From: Myxococcales bacterium
Lineage (GTDB): Bacteria > Myxococcota_A > Polyangia > Fen-1088
Assembly: GCA_003158735.1 (NCBI GenBank)
Contig: PMLB01000125.1
Location: 22,877 to 60,385 of the forward strand
Reading direction: 5' to 3'
Length of the DNA stretch: 37,509 nucleotides
In this document: positions 1-8,364 of the stretch, one piece after another
How positions within the stretch are numbered: the stretch's first letter is position 1
How the letters are laid out: each line of letters begins with the position of its first letter
Position numbers and translations under genes: made by a program
Notes under the pieces: model-generated
The model's database searches: none
The model's input: only the letters and a program-made list of their open reading frames with translations
What the model was told of the DNA's origin: nothing

Positions 1-548
<548 letters not shown>

Positions 549-581
549 GCGCGGTCCTCTGATGCTGTCGGCTATCTGATC

Positions 582-612
582 AGAATATTGACCGCAAAAA
601 GCGCGGCGTCAA
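582..612 (-). promoter_or_regulatory. Possible sigma70-type promoter of ftsH
   Basis: TTGACG (612-607), then an AT-rich AATATTCT 17-19 nt downstream, in the tilS-ftsH gap. The -10 match is imperfect. Confidence 0.35.
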
Positions 613-636
613 CGAGAGTTCCCGTCGGCAACGCTG

Positions 637-1884
637 TCAGACAGAGCGCACGGCGAGCCAGTGCTCCGTGCCGCCCTGCGGACGCCCGATCTCGGAGGGT
701 CGCAGGCCCGCGACAAACAGGATGCTTCCGTCGGCGGCGACCAGCACAGGCAGCTCGTGCCGCAGGTCGCGAGGGATCTTGGCATCGACCAGCAGGTCCG
801 ACAGCTTGCGACTGCCGCGGCCGCCCCGCGGACGCATGCGCTCGCCCGGGCGCCAGGCGCGCACCTCCAGGGGTCGCGCGATCCGTGTGGCGTCAAAAAC
901 TGCGGCACCGCTTGGTGGAGCCGCGGGGGCCCTCCCTTCTTCTAGCTTGAGAGCCGAGCCCTCGCTTCGACCCGGCAGGCGATAAATCCCCGGGCCCTTC
1001 ACCCCGACCACCTCGGACGAAGAAGGGCCAGATTCTTGCTGCACGTGCGGCCGAAAGCGGACGTTTCCGTAGCTCACCACCACCTCACCCTCAGGGACCG
1101 ATACCCGTCGCGTGCCCCGCCCCTCGGCCGCCATCCGTTGGATCAACGCGGCCGCACGCCGCGGGACGGACGGCAGCGCGAGCGGGTTACGCGTCGGCGT
1201 CCCCGCGGCGATGGCGCGCGCGTCTTGTGCCATGGACAGCAGCGCCTCGACCACACGCGGATTCTCGCGAGCCAGCAGGGGCAGAAGGTCAAGACGAATC
1301 CGCACCCGCGCATAGTGCCGGTTGGCATTCGAGGGATCTTCAATGAAGGGGATGCGCCGTTTGGCCAGAAACGCCATGATGCCTTTGCGGCGAACGTCAA
1401 GCAGGGGCCGGATGAAGATCCCGCGCTGATAGGGAATTCCCGCAAGGCCACCGATGCCCGTACCGCGCACAATGCGAAAAAGCACCGTCTCGGCCTGATC
1501 GTCGGCCGTGTGGCCGAGGGCGATGCGCGCGCACCCCCACCGGGCCGCTGCGTCCTGCAGGGCGAGAAGGCGGACGTTGCGAGCGGCTTCCTGCCAGGAC
1601 ACATGGGCGCGGCGCGCGGCCTTGACGTCGACCGAGAGAATCTCGCAAGCCACGCCCAGGGCGCGGCAGCGCTCGGCCACCAGGGCGGCCTCGCTCCCTG
1701 ATTCCGGCCGCAGGCCGTGATCCACGGTCGCCGCGACCAGCTCGATGTGCAAGCGGGACGCGAGGTGCTTCAGCGCATGCAGCAGCGCCGTCGAATCAGG
1801 ACCGCCGGAGACAGCCATCAACACGCGTTCGCTCGCCGCGAGCAGCGCCTGCTCGCGAATGGTATGCATCACCTGGGAGAGCAA
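637..1884 (-). CDS. tilS: tRNA(Ile)-lysidine synthetase
   Basis: PP-loop AVSGGPDS, VDHGLR, GHTADDQAET, IRPLL, EDPSN, and C-terminal TilS region RKLSDLLVDAKIPR. Confidence 0.96.
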   Translation of the reverse strand: MLSQVMHTIREQALLAASERVLMAVSGGPDSTALLHALKHLASRLHIELVAATVDHGLRPESGSEAALVAERCRALGVACEILSVDVKAARRAHVSWQEAARNVRLLALQDAAARWGCARIALGHTADDQAETVLFRIVRGTGIGGLAGIPYQRGIFIRPLLDVRRKGIMAFLAKRRIPFIEDPSNANRHYARVRIRLDLLPLLARENPRVVEALLSMAQDARAIAAGTPTRNPLALPSVPRRAAALIQRMAAEGRGTRRVSVPEGEVVVSYGNVRFRPHVQQESGPSSSEVVGVKGPGIYRLPGRSEGSALKLEEGRAPAAPPSGAAVFDATRIARPLEVRAWRPGERMRPRGGRGSRKLSDLLVDAKIPRDLRHELPVLVAADGSILFVAGLRPSEIGRPQGGTEHWLAVRSV

Positions 1885-3147
1885 CTAGTGCTCCTTGCGC
1901 AGAAGCACGATGTGTTCCCGGCGGGGGCGGCCCTCGAAGATCTGGCGCAGGCGATAGTCATGGGGCGGCCGGGCCTGCGAGACGCGCGCCACCGGGGTAA
2001 GGCCCAAGCGCTGGGCCTCGTCCTCGACGGTCTGCGCGGCGTCCTCGGGCGCGCCCGCGACCACGCCGTCCCCCACTTGCAAGATGACGGCCGCGCCCCG
2101 ACGGGCCACGCGCGCCATTTCCGACAGCCAGCGCCGCCGATCGTGAAGCCAGCGCTGGGCGGCGGAACCCAAGCCCTCGTCGCGCGCACCCACCTGCACG
2201 CGATCCAGATTCGCACGGGGCAGCCCCAGCCAGAGGAAGCGCACATCGTGGTGTTCCGCGTAATCGTAGGTTCCAGCGTAGGGTGGCGAAGACAGGATCA
2301 GATCGAAGCGATCCGCCGGCGCTATGCCCAAGTCTCGCGCATCGGCCACACGAATCTGCGGCCTGGGCGTTCCCGCCGGTGTTCGCCGTTCCAAAGCTTC
2401 CAGGCCACGCGCCAGCTCTTCGGCACGGCCGGCAAAGAAGTGCGAAGGCACGCCCCGGCCGATGCGCCGAGCTTGCGCCTCCTCGCTACCGCGCATGAAT
2501 TTCACCAAGATCGAGGACAAACACGCACGCAAAGCGCGGCCCACGTCGTCTTCCTTGGTTTCGCCAATGAGCGCGCGCAAACCGTAGAGTTCAAGCGCAA
2601 CGTGGGGAAAGAATCGGTCTTTCTCCCGGGCTGCCCACTGAGGGATCTCGGGCCGCTGGCGCTTGCGGGCGCGCTCGGCTGCCTGCTCGGCGATCTGCCG
2701 CGCGCCTTCCACCAGACGCGCGCGCCCCTCCGGCCCCAGGGTGGTCGAGCGGACCTGCGCGATGATCACGGCCAGCGGGCTGGCGTCGCTGCCCACCGCC
2801 TTACGACCGGCGGCCATGGCCTCGACCAGGACCGTGCCGCTGCCGCAAAATGGATCGAGCACCTCTTGGCCAAGCTGCGAGAAGCGTGCGATCGCGGTAC
2901 GCGCGGTGAAGGGGTGCATGCGACCCGCGTAGCTGTGAAACCCGTGAGTCAGCGCGCGAGCCAGGCCGGGGTCAGGCGTCAGCAGCTCGGCCAGCGCCGC
3001 CGCACTTTCAGCGTCGCCAGCCCGCTCCACGGCACCGCCCAAGACGGAAAACGCCTGCTTGCGGCGCTCGGGTCTCAACCCGGGAACCTTCGCAGGGCCC
3101 TCGTGTCCTCCCGCCTCCTTGTGATGCTTCTTTGTTACCCGTTCCAT
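1885..3147 (-). CDS. SAM-dependent amino-methyltransferase (N4-cytosine/N6-adenine DNA MTase-like or TRM11-like)
   Basis: Motifs THGFHSYAGRM, motif I VLDPFCGSGT and motif IV LILSSPPY, with motif I before motif IV. The stop codon directly abuts the tilS start. Confidence 0.8.
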   Translation of the reverse strand: MERVTKKHHKEAGGHEGPAKVPGLRPERRKQAFSVLGGAVERAGDAESAAALAELLTPDPGLARALTHGFHSYAGRMHPFTARTAIARFSQLGQEVLDPFCGSGTVLVEAMAAGRKAVGSDASPLAVIIAQVRSTTLGPEGRARLVEGARQIAEQAAERARKRQRPEIPQWAAREKDRFFPHVALELYGLRALIGETKEDDVGRALRACLSSILVKFMRGSEEAQARRIGRGVPSHFFAGRAEELARGLEALERRTPAGTPRPQIRVADARDLGIAPADRFDLILSSPPYAGTYDYAEHHDVRFLWLGLPRANLDRVQVGARDEGLGSAAQRWLHDRRRWLSEMARVARRGAAVILQVGDGVVAGAPEDAAQTVEDEAQRLGLTPVARVSQARPPHDYRLRQIFEGRPRREHIVLLRKEH

Positions 3148-3329
3148 CGCGATGACTCGAAGATGCCCTCAAGCAGGCTGCGAGGCTGTGAAAACAGCTG
3201 CAAGTCAGACCCCTTGTCGAGGAAGCGTCGGTCCAGCGCCTGCCCCACCTCGCGCGGCTTGCCCGCTAGCCACAGCAATTCTGCGTCGGAAGGCGGCGCA
3301 AGCGGCGAAGGGCTGGAAGGCTCGGTCAT
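3135..3329 (-). CDS. Small hypothetical protein (64 aa)
   Basis: Fills the gap between the toxin and the MTase on the same strand and overlaps the MTase start by 13 nt. A TATAGT -10-like hexamer lies at 3347-3342. No recognisable domain. Confidence 0.4.
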   Translation of the reverse strand: MTEPSSPSPLAPPSDAELLWLAGKPREVGQALDRRFLDKGSDLQLFSQPRSLLEGIFESSRWNG

Positions 3330-3395
3330 GGGTCGATGCCGACTATAGCGCGCGCACGGGGCCGGACCTACTGTTGCCGGCAGCTCCGCCTGCCC

Positions 3396-3731
3396 TCAAC
3401 CGTGAAGGATCCGCTCCATCAAGATGTCTTCGAGGCTGCGCAGGCCATCGAGAACCGCGTGGATCTGAACCACACCGGCTCCCACCCGGTAGATGATCCG
3501 CCACGGGCTTTCCTGGATCTCGCGCCAGGTGTGGTCTCCTATCGACCGAAGCTCCGGTGGGGTGCGGCCACGGTTGGGGAACTCGGCCAGGGACTCGGCT
3601 CGGTCGACGATACGGTCGACTATCGGACCAGCCCGCAGCGGAGATTCGCCCAGCAAGAACAAAGCGATTCGCTCAAGGTCGGCTGCTGCCGGTCCGGTCC
3701 ACACAACACGAAACTCACGACTTCCCCTCAT
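3396..3731 (-). CDS. Type II toxin, RelE/ParE family
   Basis: 111 aa: VVWTGPAAADLERI...LAEFPNRGR..PEL...WREI..SPWRIIYRV....VQIHAVLDG.R. ATGA overlap with the antitoxin. Confidence 0.9.
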   Translation of the reverse strand: MRGSREFRVVWTGPAAADLERIALFLLGESPLRAGPIVDRIVDRAESLAEFPNRGRTPPELRSIGDHTWREIQESPWRIIYRVGAGVVQIHAVLDGLRSLEDILMERILHG

Positions 3732-4012
3732 CGGCGGGCGGCCCGACGCAGGGCGGCGTGGGCGCGCCGGCGCACATCCTCGCTGGAGTATGTTTTCTCG
3801 CCCCGAGCGAGCGACTCTTGGCTTTGCGCGAGCAGCTTCAGCATCGAGAGAGTCGCTTGCATGTCGTCGTGTCGTCGCGCATCCATCACCACGACGCGAG
3901 CCCGGCCGTTCTGGGTGATCAAGATGGGCTCTCCGGTACGGACAGCCTCACCAACCACATCCTTGGTATGAGTCTTCAGGTCGGTGATGGGTCGCGCACT
4001 GGTCGCTCGCAT
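3728..4012 (-). CDS. Type II antitoxin, Phd/YefM family
   Basis: RPITDLKTH...GEPILITQNGRARVVVMD is the Phd/YefM N-terminal DNA-binding signature. ATG at 4012 is preferred over TTG at 4021. Confidence 0.9.
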   Translation of the reverse strand: MRATSARPITDLKTHTKDVVGEAVRTGEPILITQNGRARVVVMDARRHDDMQATLSMLKLLAQSQESLARGEKTYSSEDVRRRAHAALRRAARR

Positions 4013-4043
4013 AGACCGCAATATAGCACTGAATTTGGTACTA
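4013..4043 (-). promoter_or_regulatory. Extended -10 promoter of the TA operon with an overlapping imperfect palindrome (candidate autorepression operator)
   Basis: The minus strand reads TGcTATATT (4028-4020), 7 nt before ATG 4012, with no Shine-Dalgarno. An imperfect inverted repeat TAGCACT-gaattt-GGTACTA spans 4024-4043. Confidence 0.55.
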
Positions 4044-4152
4044 GACGCAAGCTTCTTTCGTCGCCGTACCAGAGACGCCAGGCACTTGCCAAGCGGGCCG
4101 TCGGGGAAGGGCGACCGCAGGTCGCCCCTACCGCCGTGCAGGTATTGGCGAC

Positions 4153-4247
4153 TTGAAATTTCAAACCTACCTCATGCATTTGTGCATTTGATCGCCCGCT
4201 GCATTTCCTGTACGCTCCGGTCAGCAAATTCGTCGGTGAAATGCACA
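4153..4247. promoter_or_regulatory. Palindrome and repeat cluster upstream of kdgK (candidate operator)
   Basis: Perfect palindrome TTGAAATTTCAA at 4153-4164. TGCATTT occurs at 4175, 4183 and 4200, and its complement AAATGCA at 4239-4245. Confidence 0.45.
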
Positions 4248-5347
4248 TGGAACCCCTCAAAATCAAGCCAGCAGGAAGCGCGAAGTGGGATCTCGTCAGC
4301 CTGGGCGAAATCATGTTGCGCCTCGATCCCGGAGATGGCCGTATCGCGACCACACGTTCGTTCCAGGTGTGGGAAGGCGGCGGCGAGTACAACGTCGCAC
4401 GCGGGTTGCATCGCTGTTTCGGCCTGAAGACCGCGGTGGTGACCGCCCTGGCCGACAACCCGGTGGGCCGTCTGGTCCAGGACCTTGTCTACCAGGGTGG
4501 CGTGGACCAATCGCACGTCAAATGGGTTTCCTACGATGGCGTAGGCCGCGCGGTTCGCAACGGCATGAATTTCACCGAACGCGGATTCGGGGTGCGCGCG
4601 CCGCTCGGCTGTTCCGACCGCGGCCACACCGCGGTGTCGCAGCTGCAGCCCGGCAGCGTCGACTGGAAACTGATTTTCCGCGGCGAAGGTTCACGCTGGT
4701 TCCACACCGGCGGGATCTTCTGTGCCCTTTCGGAAACCACGCCTCTGGTGGCCAAGGAAGCCCTCAAGGCCGCGCGCGACAATGGCGCCGTGGCCTCCTA
4801 CGACCTCAACTATCGCGAGTCGCTGTGGAAGGCCATCGGCGGCCGCAAGCGCGCCATCGAAGTGAACCGCGAAGTCGTGTCCCAGGTCGACGTGCTCTTC
4901 GGCAATGAAGAGGACTTCACCGCGGCGCTGGGCTTCGAGGTGGAAGGCGTGGACGAGAACCTATCGCAGCTGGACCCGGAAAGCTTCCGTCGAATGATCG
5001 AACGCGTGATCGCCGCGTACCCCAATCTCAAACTGGTGGCCACCACCCTGCGCAATGCCCGAAGCGCGACCTGCAACGATTGGGGAGCCGTGTGCTACTA
5101 CCAGGGGCAGCTCTATTGCGCCACGGTCCGCAACGATCTGGAAATCTACGATCGCGTGGGCGGCGGTGACTCGTTCGCGTCCGGCTTGATCTACGGTTTT
5201 CTCGCTGGCAAGTCTCCGGAGTGGGCTGTGGAATGTGGAGCGGCGCACGGGGCTTTGGCCATGACCACGCCGGGCGACACCACCATGGCAACCTTGGTAG
5301 AAGTCGAGAAGGTCATGAAGGGCGCGAGTGCGCGCGTGGCCCGCTAG
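4247..5347 (+). CDS. kdgK: 2-keto-3-deoxygluconate kinase (PfkB-family sugar kinase)
   Basis: LGEIMLRL, GGGEYNVA, SYDLNYR, GNEED, IYDRVGGGDSFASG. Adjacent to eda. Alternative start at 4241. Confidence 0.88.
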   Translation: MEPLKIKPAGSAKWDLVSLGEIMLRLDPGDGRIATTRSFQVWEGGGEYNVARGLHRCFGLKTAVVTALADNPVGRLVQDLVYQGGVDQSHVKWVSYDGVGRAVRNGMNFTERGFGVRAPLGCSDRGHTAVSQLQPGSVDWKLIFRGEGSRWFHTGGIFCALSETTPLVAKEALKAARDNGAVASYDLNYRESLWKAIGGRKRAIEVNREVVSQVDVLFGNEEDFTAALGFEVEGVDENLSQLDPESFRRMIERVIAAYPNLKLVATTLRNARSATCNDWGAVCYYQGQLYCATVRNDLEIYDRVGGGDSFASGLIYGFLAGKSPEWAVECGAAHGALAMTTPGDTTMATLVEVEKVMKGASARVAR

Positions 5348-5364
5348 TCACCAAGAAAGGCAGC

Positions 5365-6024
5365 ATGAAATCGCGCGACAAAGCAGAAGTTGGCAGCCGT
5401 CTCACGGCCATCGGCATCATTCCTGTGGTCCGGGCCGAGTCCACCGACATGGCCCGCAGGGCGGTGGCGGCCATTCTCAAGGGCGGGATCTCGGTGCTCG
5501 AGATCACCATGACGGTTCCTGGCGCGGTGGGAGTGATCAAGGAACTGACCGCCGAGATCGATCCTGAGGTGATCATCGGCGCGGGCACAGTGATGGATGC
5601 GCGAACTGCGCAGGCCTGCATCGAGGCTGGCGCCCAGTTCATCGTGAGCCCCGCGCTCAGCCTTGAGACGATTGCTTTTTGTAAGCAGCAAGGCGTCTTG
5701 GTGATGCCGGGCGCGCTGACCCCGACCGAGGTGGTGACCGCCTGGTCGGCTGGCGCCGATTTCGTGAAAGTCTTTCCCGCAGGCGCGGTGGGCGGAGCGA
5801 GTTATCTCAAGGCGCTCAAGGCGCCGCTGCCGCACATCAAGCTGGTCCCCACCGGAGGGGTTTCGCTGCAAACCGCGGCGGCATTTATCAAGGCAGGGGC
5901 CGAGGCCCTGGGCGTGGGCGGCGACCTGGTGGACGTCAAGGCCCTGCGCGAGGGACGCGACGAACTGGTCACCGATCGCGCGCAGTTGTTCGTGGACATC
6001 GTGAAGCAAGCACGCGCTAAGTAG
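5365..6024 (+). CDS. eda: KDPG/KHG aldolase
   Basis: IIPVVR, LEIT, IGAGTV, GAQFIVSP, PGALTPTE, VKVFPA, VPTGGV. ATG at 5365 follows an AGAAAGG RBS. Confidence 0.93.
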   Translation: MKSRDKAEVGSRLTAIGIIPVVRAESTDMARRAVAAILKGGISVLEITMTVPGAVGVIKELTAEIDPEVIIGAGTVMDARTAQACIEAGAQFIVSPALSLETIAFCKQQGVLVMPGALTPTEVVTAWSAGADFVKVFPAGAVGGASYLKALKAPLPHIKLVPTGGVSLQTAAAFIKAGAEALGVGGDLVDVKALREGRDELVTDRAQLFVDIVKQARAK

Positions 6025-6054
6025 CGGCCGCTGCCCGCAAGAGGCGATCCGGAG

Positions 6055-6172
6055 TTTCACCACAGAGTGCACAGAGGCCACTGAGGCCGGAAAGAAAGGG
6101 TTCCGGATCCGCCTCCGAACCCTTCTTTCCTTCCGATCCGTCTCTGTGATCTCTGTGCTCTCTGTGGTGAAA
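6055..6172. repeat. Palindromic REP/MITE-like intergenic element (CACAGAG...CTCTGTG)
   Basis: TTTCACCACAGAGTGCACAGAG (6055-6076) pairs with 6151-6172 at 21/22. There is an inner GGAAAGAAAGGG/CCCTTCTTTCC stem, and GATCCGGA flanks both sides (6046, 6176). It sits between convergent genes. Confidence 0.75.
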
Positions 6173-6195
6173 TCCGATCCGGAATCGGATGCATC

Positions 6196-8364
6196 CTACG
6201 CGTGCGAAACCACCACCAGGGTTTCCGAGCGTCGCACCACGCACTCGAGCACGCGGTCCAGGGTCTCGGGATCAAGGGTGGCGAAACTCTCGTCGAGCAC
6301 GCGCAAATCTGCTTGTTGTAGCAGCGCGCGGGCCACGCACACGCGGCTGCGCTCGCCCTGCGAAAGCTGCCAACCACTGTCTCCCACCATCTGTTGCAGC
6401 CCTCCGGGCATGCGCTCAATCAGGTCGGAAAGCCCCAGCTCGCGGCAGATGCTCTCGATCTCCTGCTCATCTTCCGAGCGCGGCGGCCAGCGCCGAGCCA
6501 TCGCGATGTTGAACAACAGCGAAGCTGACAGGATGTGGTTCTCGTGGCTCTGAGGCACGCCAGCGGCGCGCTGGCGCCAGCGCTCGGGCCGCAGGCTGTG
6601 ATGGTCGAAACCACCCAGCAGCAGCAGGCCGCTCGACGGCTGGCGCAGCCCACAGAGAAGCGCGCCCAGGGTCGACTTGCCCGAGCCCGATGGTCCTTCG
6701 AGCAGAATGTGTTGGTGCCGCCGGATCTCGATGCTGCAGCCTCTCAGCACTGGCTCCAAACGGCCCGGGTAGCTGAAACTGACGTCGCGGCCCACCAACA
6801 AGCCGCGCCGGCCCGCGCTCGCCTCGTCCACTTCCGTGGGCAGCACCGCTACAGTCTCTCCCGCTTCCCCTGGTTCTGACGCCGCCTCGAACAAGGGCTG
6901 CGTGCGCCGCCAACCAAGGAAGGCCGCGGCCAGGCCCGGCCCGGTCTCCATAGCCACGCGACGAAAAGCCAAGTACACCAGCAAGACGCCGCCCAGGCTG
7001 ATCGCCAACGCCGTGCTTTGCGCCGTGCCGGTTGCAAAGCTCGGGGCGAGCGCCGCCACACCCAGCACCAGCCAGCCGCGCGGCAAGAACGCCGACAGGC
7101 GCGCCATCTCGCTGTCGAGGGCGGCCTGCTTGCGACCGTAGACCGCCAGACCTCGGTCCTCGCCCTCCTGTTGCTGCGTCGCCGGCTGCTGCGCCACCAA
7201 GGTGCGATAGCCCACCATGGTTTCCACCAGTTCGTCGGTGAGCAGCAAGCGTGCATCGGCCCAGTCCAGCAACCGTCGATACAGGCGGCGCACCAGTCCG
7301 GCGGCCAAAAGCAACCAACCGACCAGCAGCGCAAGGTGAAGAACAGGCGCCGCTCCCAGCAGCAGCACCGCGGCGCCAAACACAAACTGAAACGCGTCGG
7401 CCAACAACAAAGGCCCACCAGTGCGCGCGAAGGCATCCAGGGCATCCGCCTCCAGCACAGTGCCGAGCAGGTGCCCTACCCCCTTGACCCGCACCTGGTC
7501 CGCGGGCAAGCGCAAGATTCCTTCCAGCAGACGCTCGCGCACCAGTCCGCCCACCTGCACGGCCAGACGGCCGGCCGCCCACACCCCGCTTCCCCGACAC
7601 GCCACGAAGGTCAGCAGCAACATGCCCCACGCCCAAAGCCAGCCAGGTTCCAAATGGCCTTGTAGCGCCGCAGCCCCGAGCAACCACCACGAGCCCACCA
7701 TGAGCGCAAAGCCGGCCAGATACGAAACCAGCGCAGTGCTCACCACGCGCCTGGCACCTGACTGCCGAAAGCGTTCGGCCAGGCTGCTGGCCGCCGGGTG
7801 CAGCGCCCAGCCGACAGCGGCGCGAGCAGGCCCGACCACACCACCGAGAATCCGACGGGTCTTCTCCTCATCGCAAGCCGCGAGGCCCACGGCTGAAGCG
7901 AAATGAGCAAACGCCTCCCCGGCCGGGCCGCGCTGTTCATCGTCGAGCCAGGCGTCGATCTCGGCCCTGGCCAGACGATGCACGCGCCGGTCAGCGCCCA
8001 GCACCTCGGCCACCCGACCCCGCGGACCGCAGGCCAGCAGCAGCAAGAACTGCGATGCTCCCGAGCCCGAGCCCGGATGCGCGACCAGCACAGGGCCTCC
8101 CTCGGCCAGAAGCCCGCGCACGGTCGACACGCGCGCATCTACCGGCTCAATTTCCAGTCCCAGTTGACTGGCGGCATCCTCGACGAAGGCAGCCAGGGCC
8201 GGACCGTCTCCAATGTCAGAGGGCGGATCCTGCAGGCGCGGCGCCCGTCGCTGAGGCAACAGACGCTCGGCCACGGCGACCAGAGCATCGCCCAGCCGGC
8301 CGGCTGGCCAAGCTGCGGCCGCAGGGATCGCGCTCGTCGCAGCTTCAGTGCGCTCGCGGGTCAT
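6196..8364 (-). CDS. ABC exporter subunit (TM + NBD) with a degenerate N-terminal domain, partner of the C39 transporter
   Basis: Walker A GPSGSGKS, signature LSQGE, Walker B VLDES, and the protein ends at the H-loop VSHA. Multiple TM segments. ATG 8364 overlaps the upstream stop (ATGA), so it is preferred over 8427. Confidence 0.88.
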   Translation of the reverse strand: MTRERTEAATSAIPAAAAWPAGRLGDALVAVAERLLPQRRAPRLQDPPSDIGDGPALAAFVEDAASQLGLEIEPVDARVSTVRGLLAEGGPVLVAHPGSGSGASQFLLLLACGPRGRVAEVLGADRRVHRLARAEIDAWLDDEQRGPAGEAFAHFASAVGLAACDEEKTRRILGGVVGPARAAVGWALHPAASSLAERFRQSGARRVVSTALVSYLAGFALMVGSWWLLGAAALQGHLEPGWLWAWGMLLLTFVACRGSGVWAAGRLAVQVGGLVRERLLEGILRLPADQVRVKGVGHLLGTVLEADALDAFARTGGPLLLADAFQFVFGAAVLLLGAAPVLHLALLVGWLLLAAGLVRRLYRRLLDWADARLLLTDELVETMVGYRTLVAQQPATQQQEGEDRGLAVYGRKQAALDSEMARLSAFLPRGWLVLGVAALAPSFATGTAQSTALAISLGGVLLVYLAFRRVAMETGPGLAAAFLGWRRTQPLFEAASEPGEAGETVAVLPTEVDEASAGRRGLLVGRDVSFSYPGRLEPVLRGCSIEIRRHQHILLEGPSGSGKSTLGALLCGLRQPSSGLLLLGGFDHHSLRPERWRQRAAGVPQSHENHILSASLLFNIAMARRWPPRSEDEQEIESICRELGLSDLIERMPGGLQQMVGDSGWQLSQGERSRVCVARALLQQADLRVLDESFATLDPETLDRVLECVVRRSETLVVVSHA

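Noticed and set aside
1717-3348. 543-aa plus-strand ORF
   Set aside because: Antisense shadow of the methyltransferase gene in GC-rich DNA, with no motifs.
3396-4012. TA pair plus methyltransferase as a defence island or mobile element
   Set aside because: No integrase, transposase, nuclease or flanking direct repeats seen, and the neighbours are housekeeping genes.
6017-6244. Small ORFs containing HHREHRDHRD or SVISVLSVV
   Set aside because: Translations of the palindromic repeat element.
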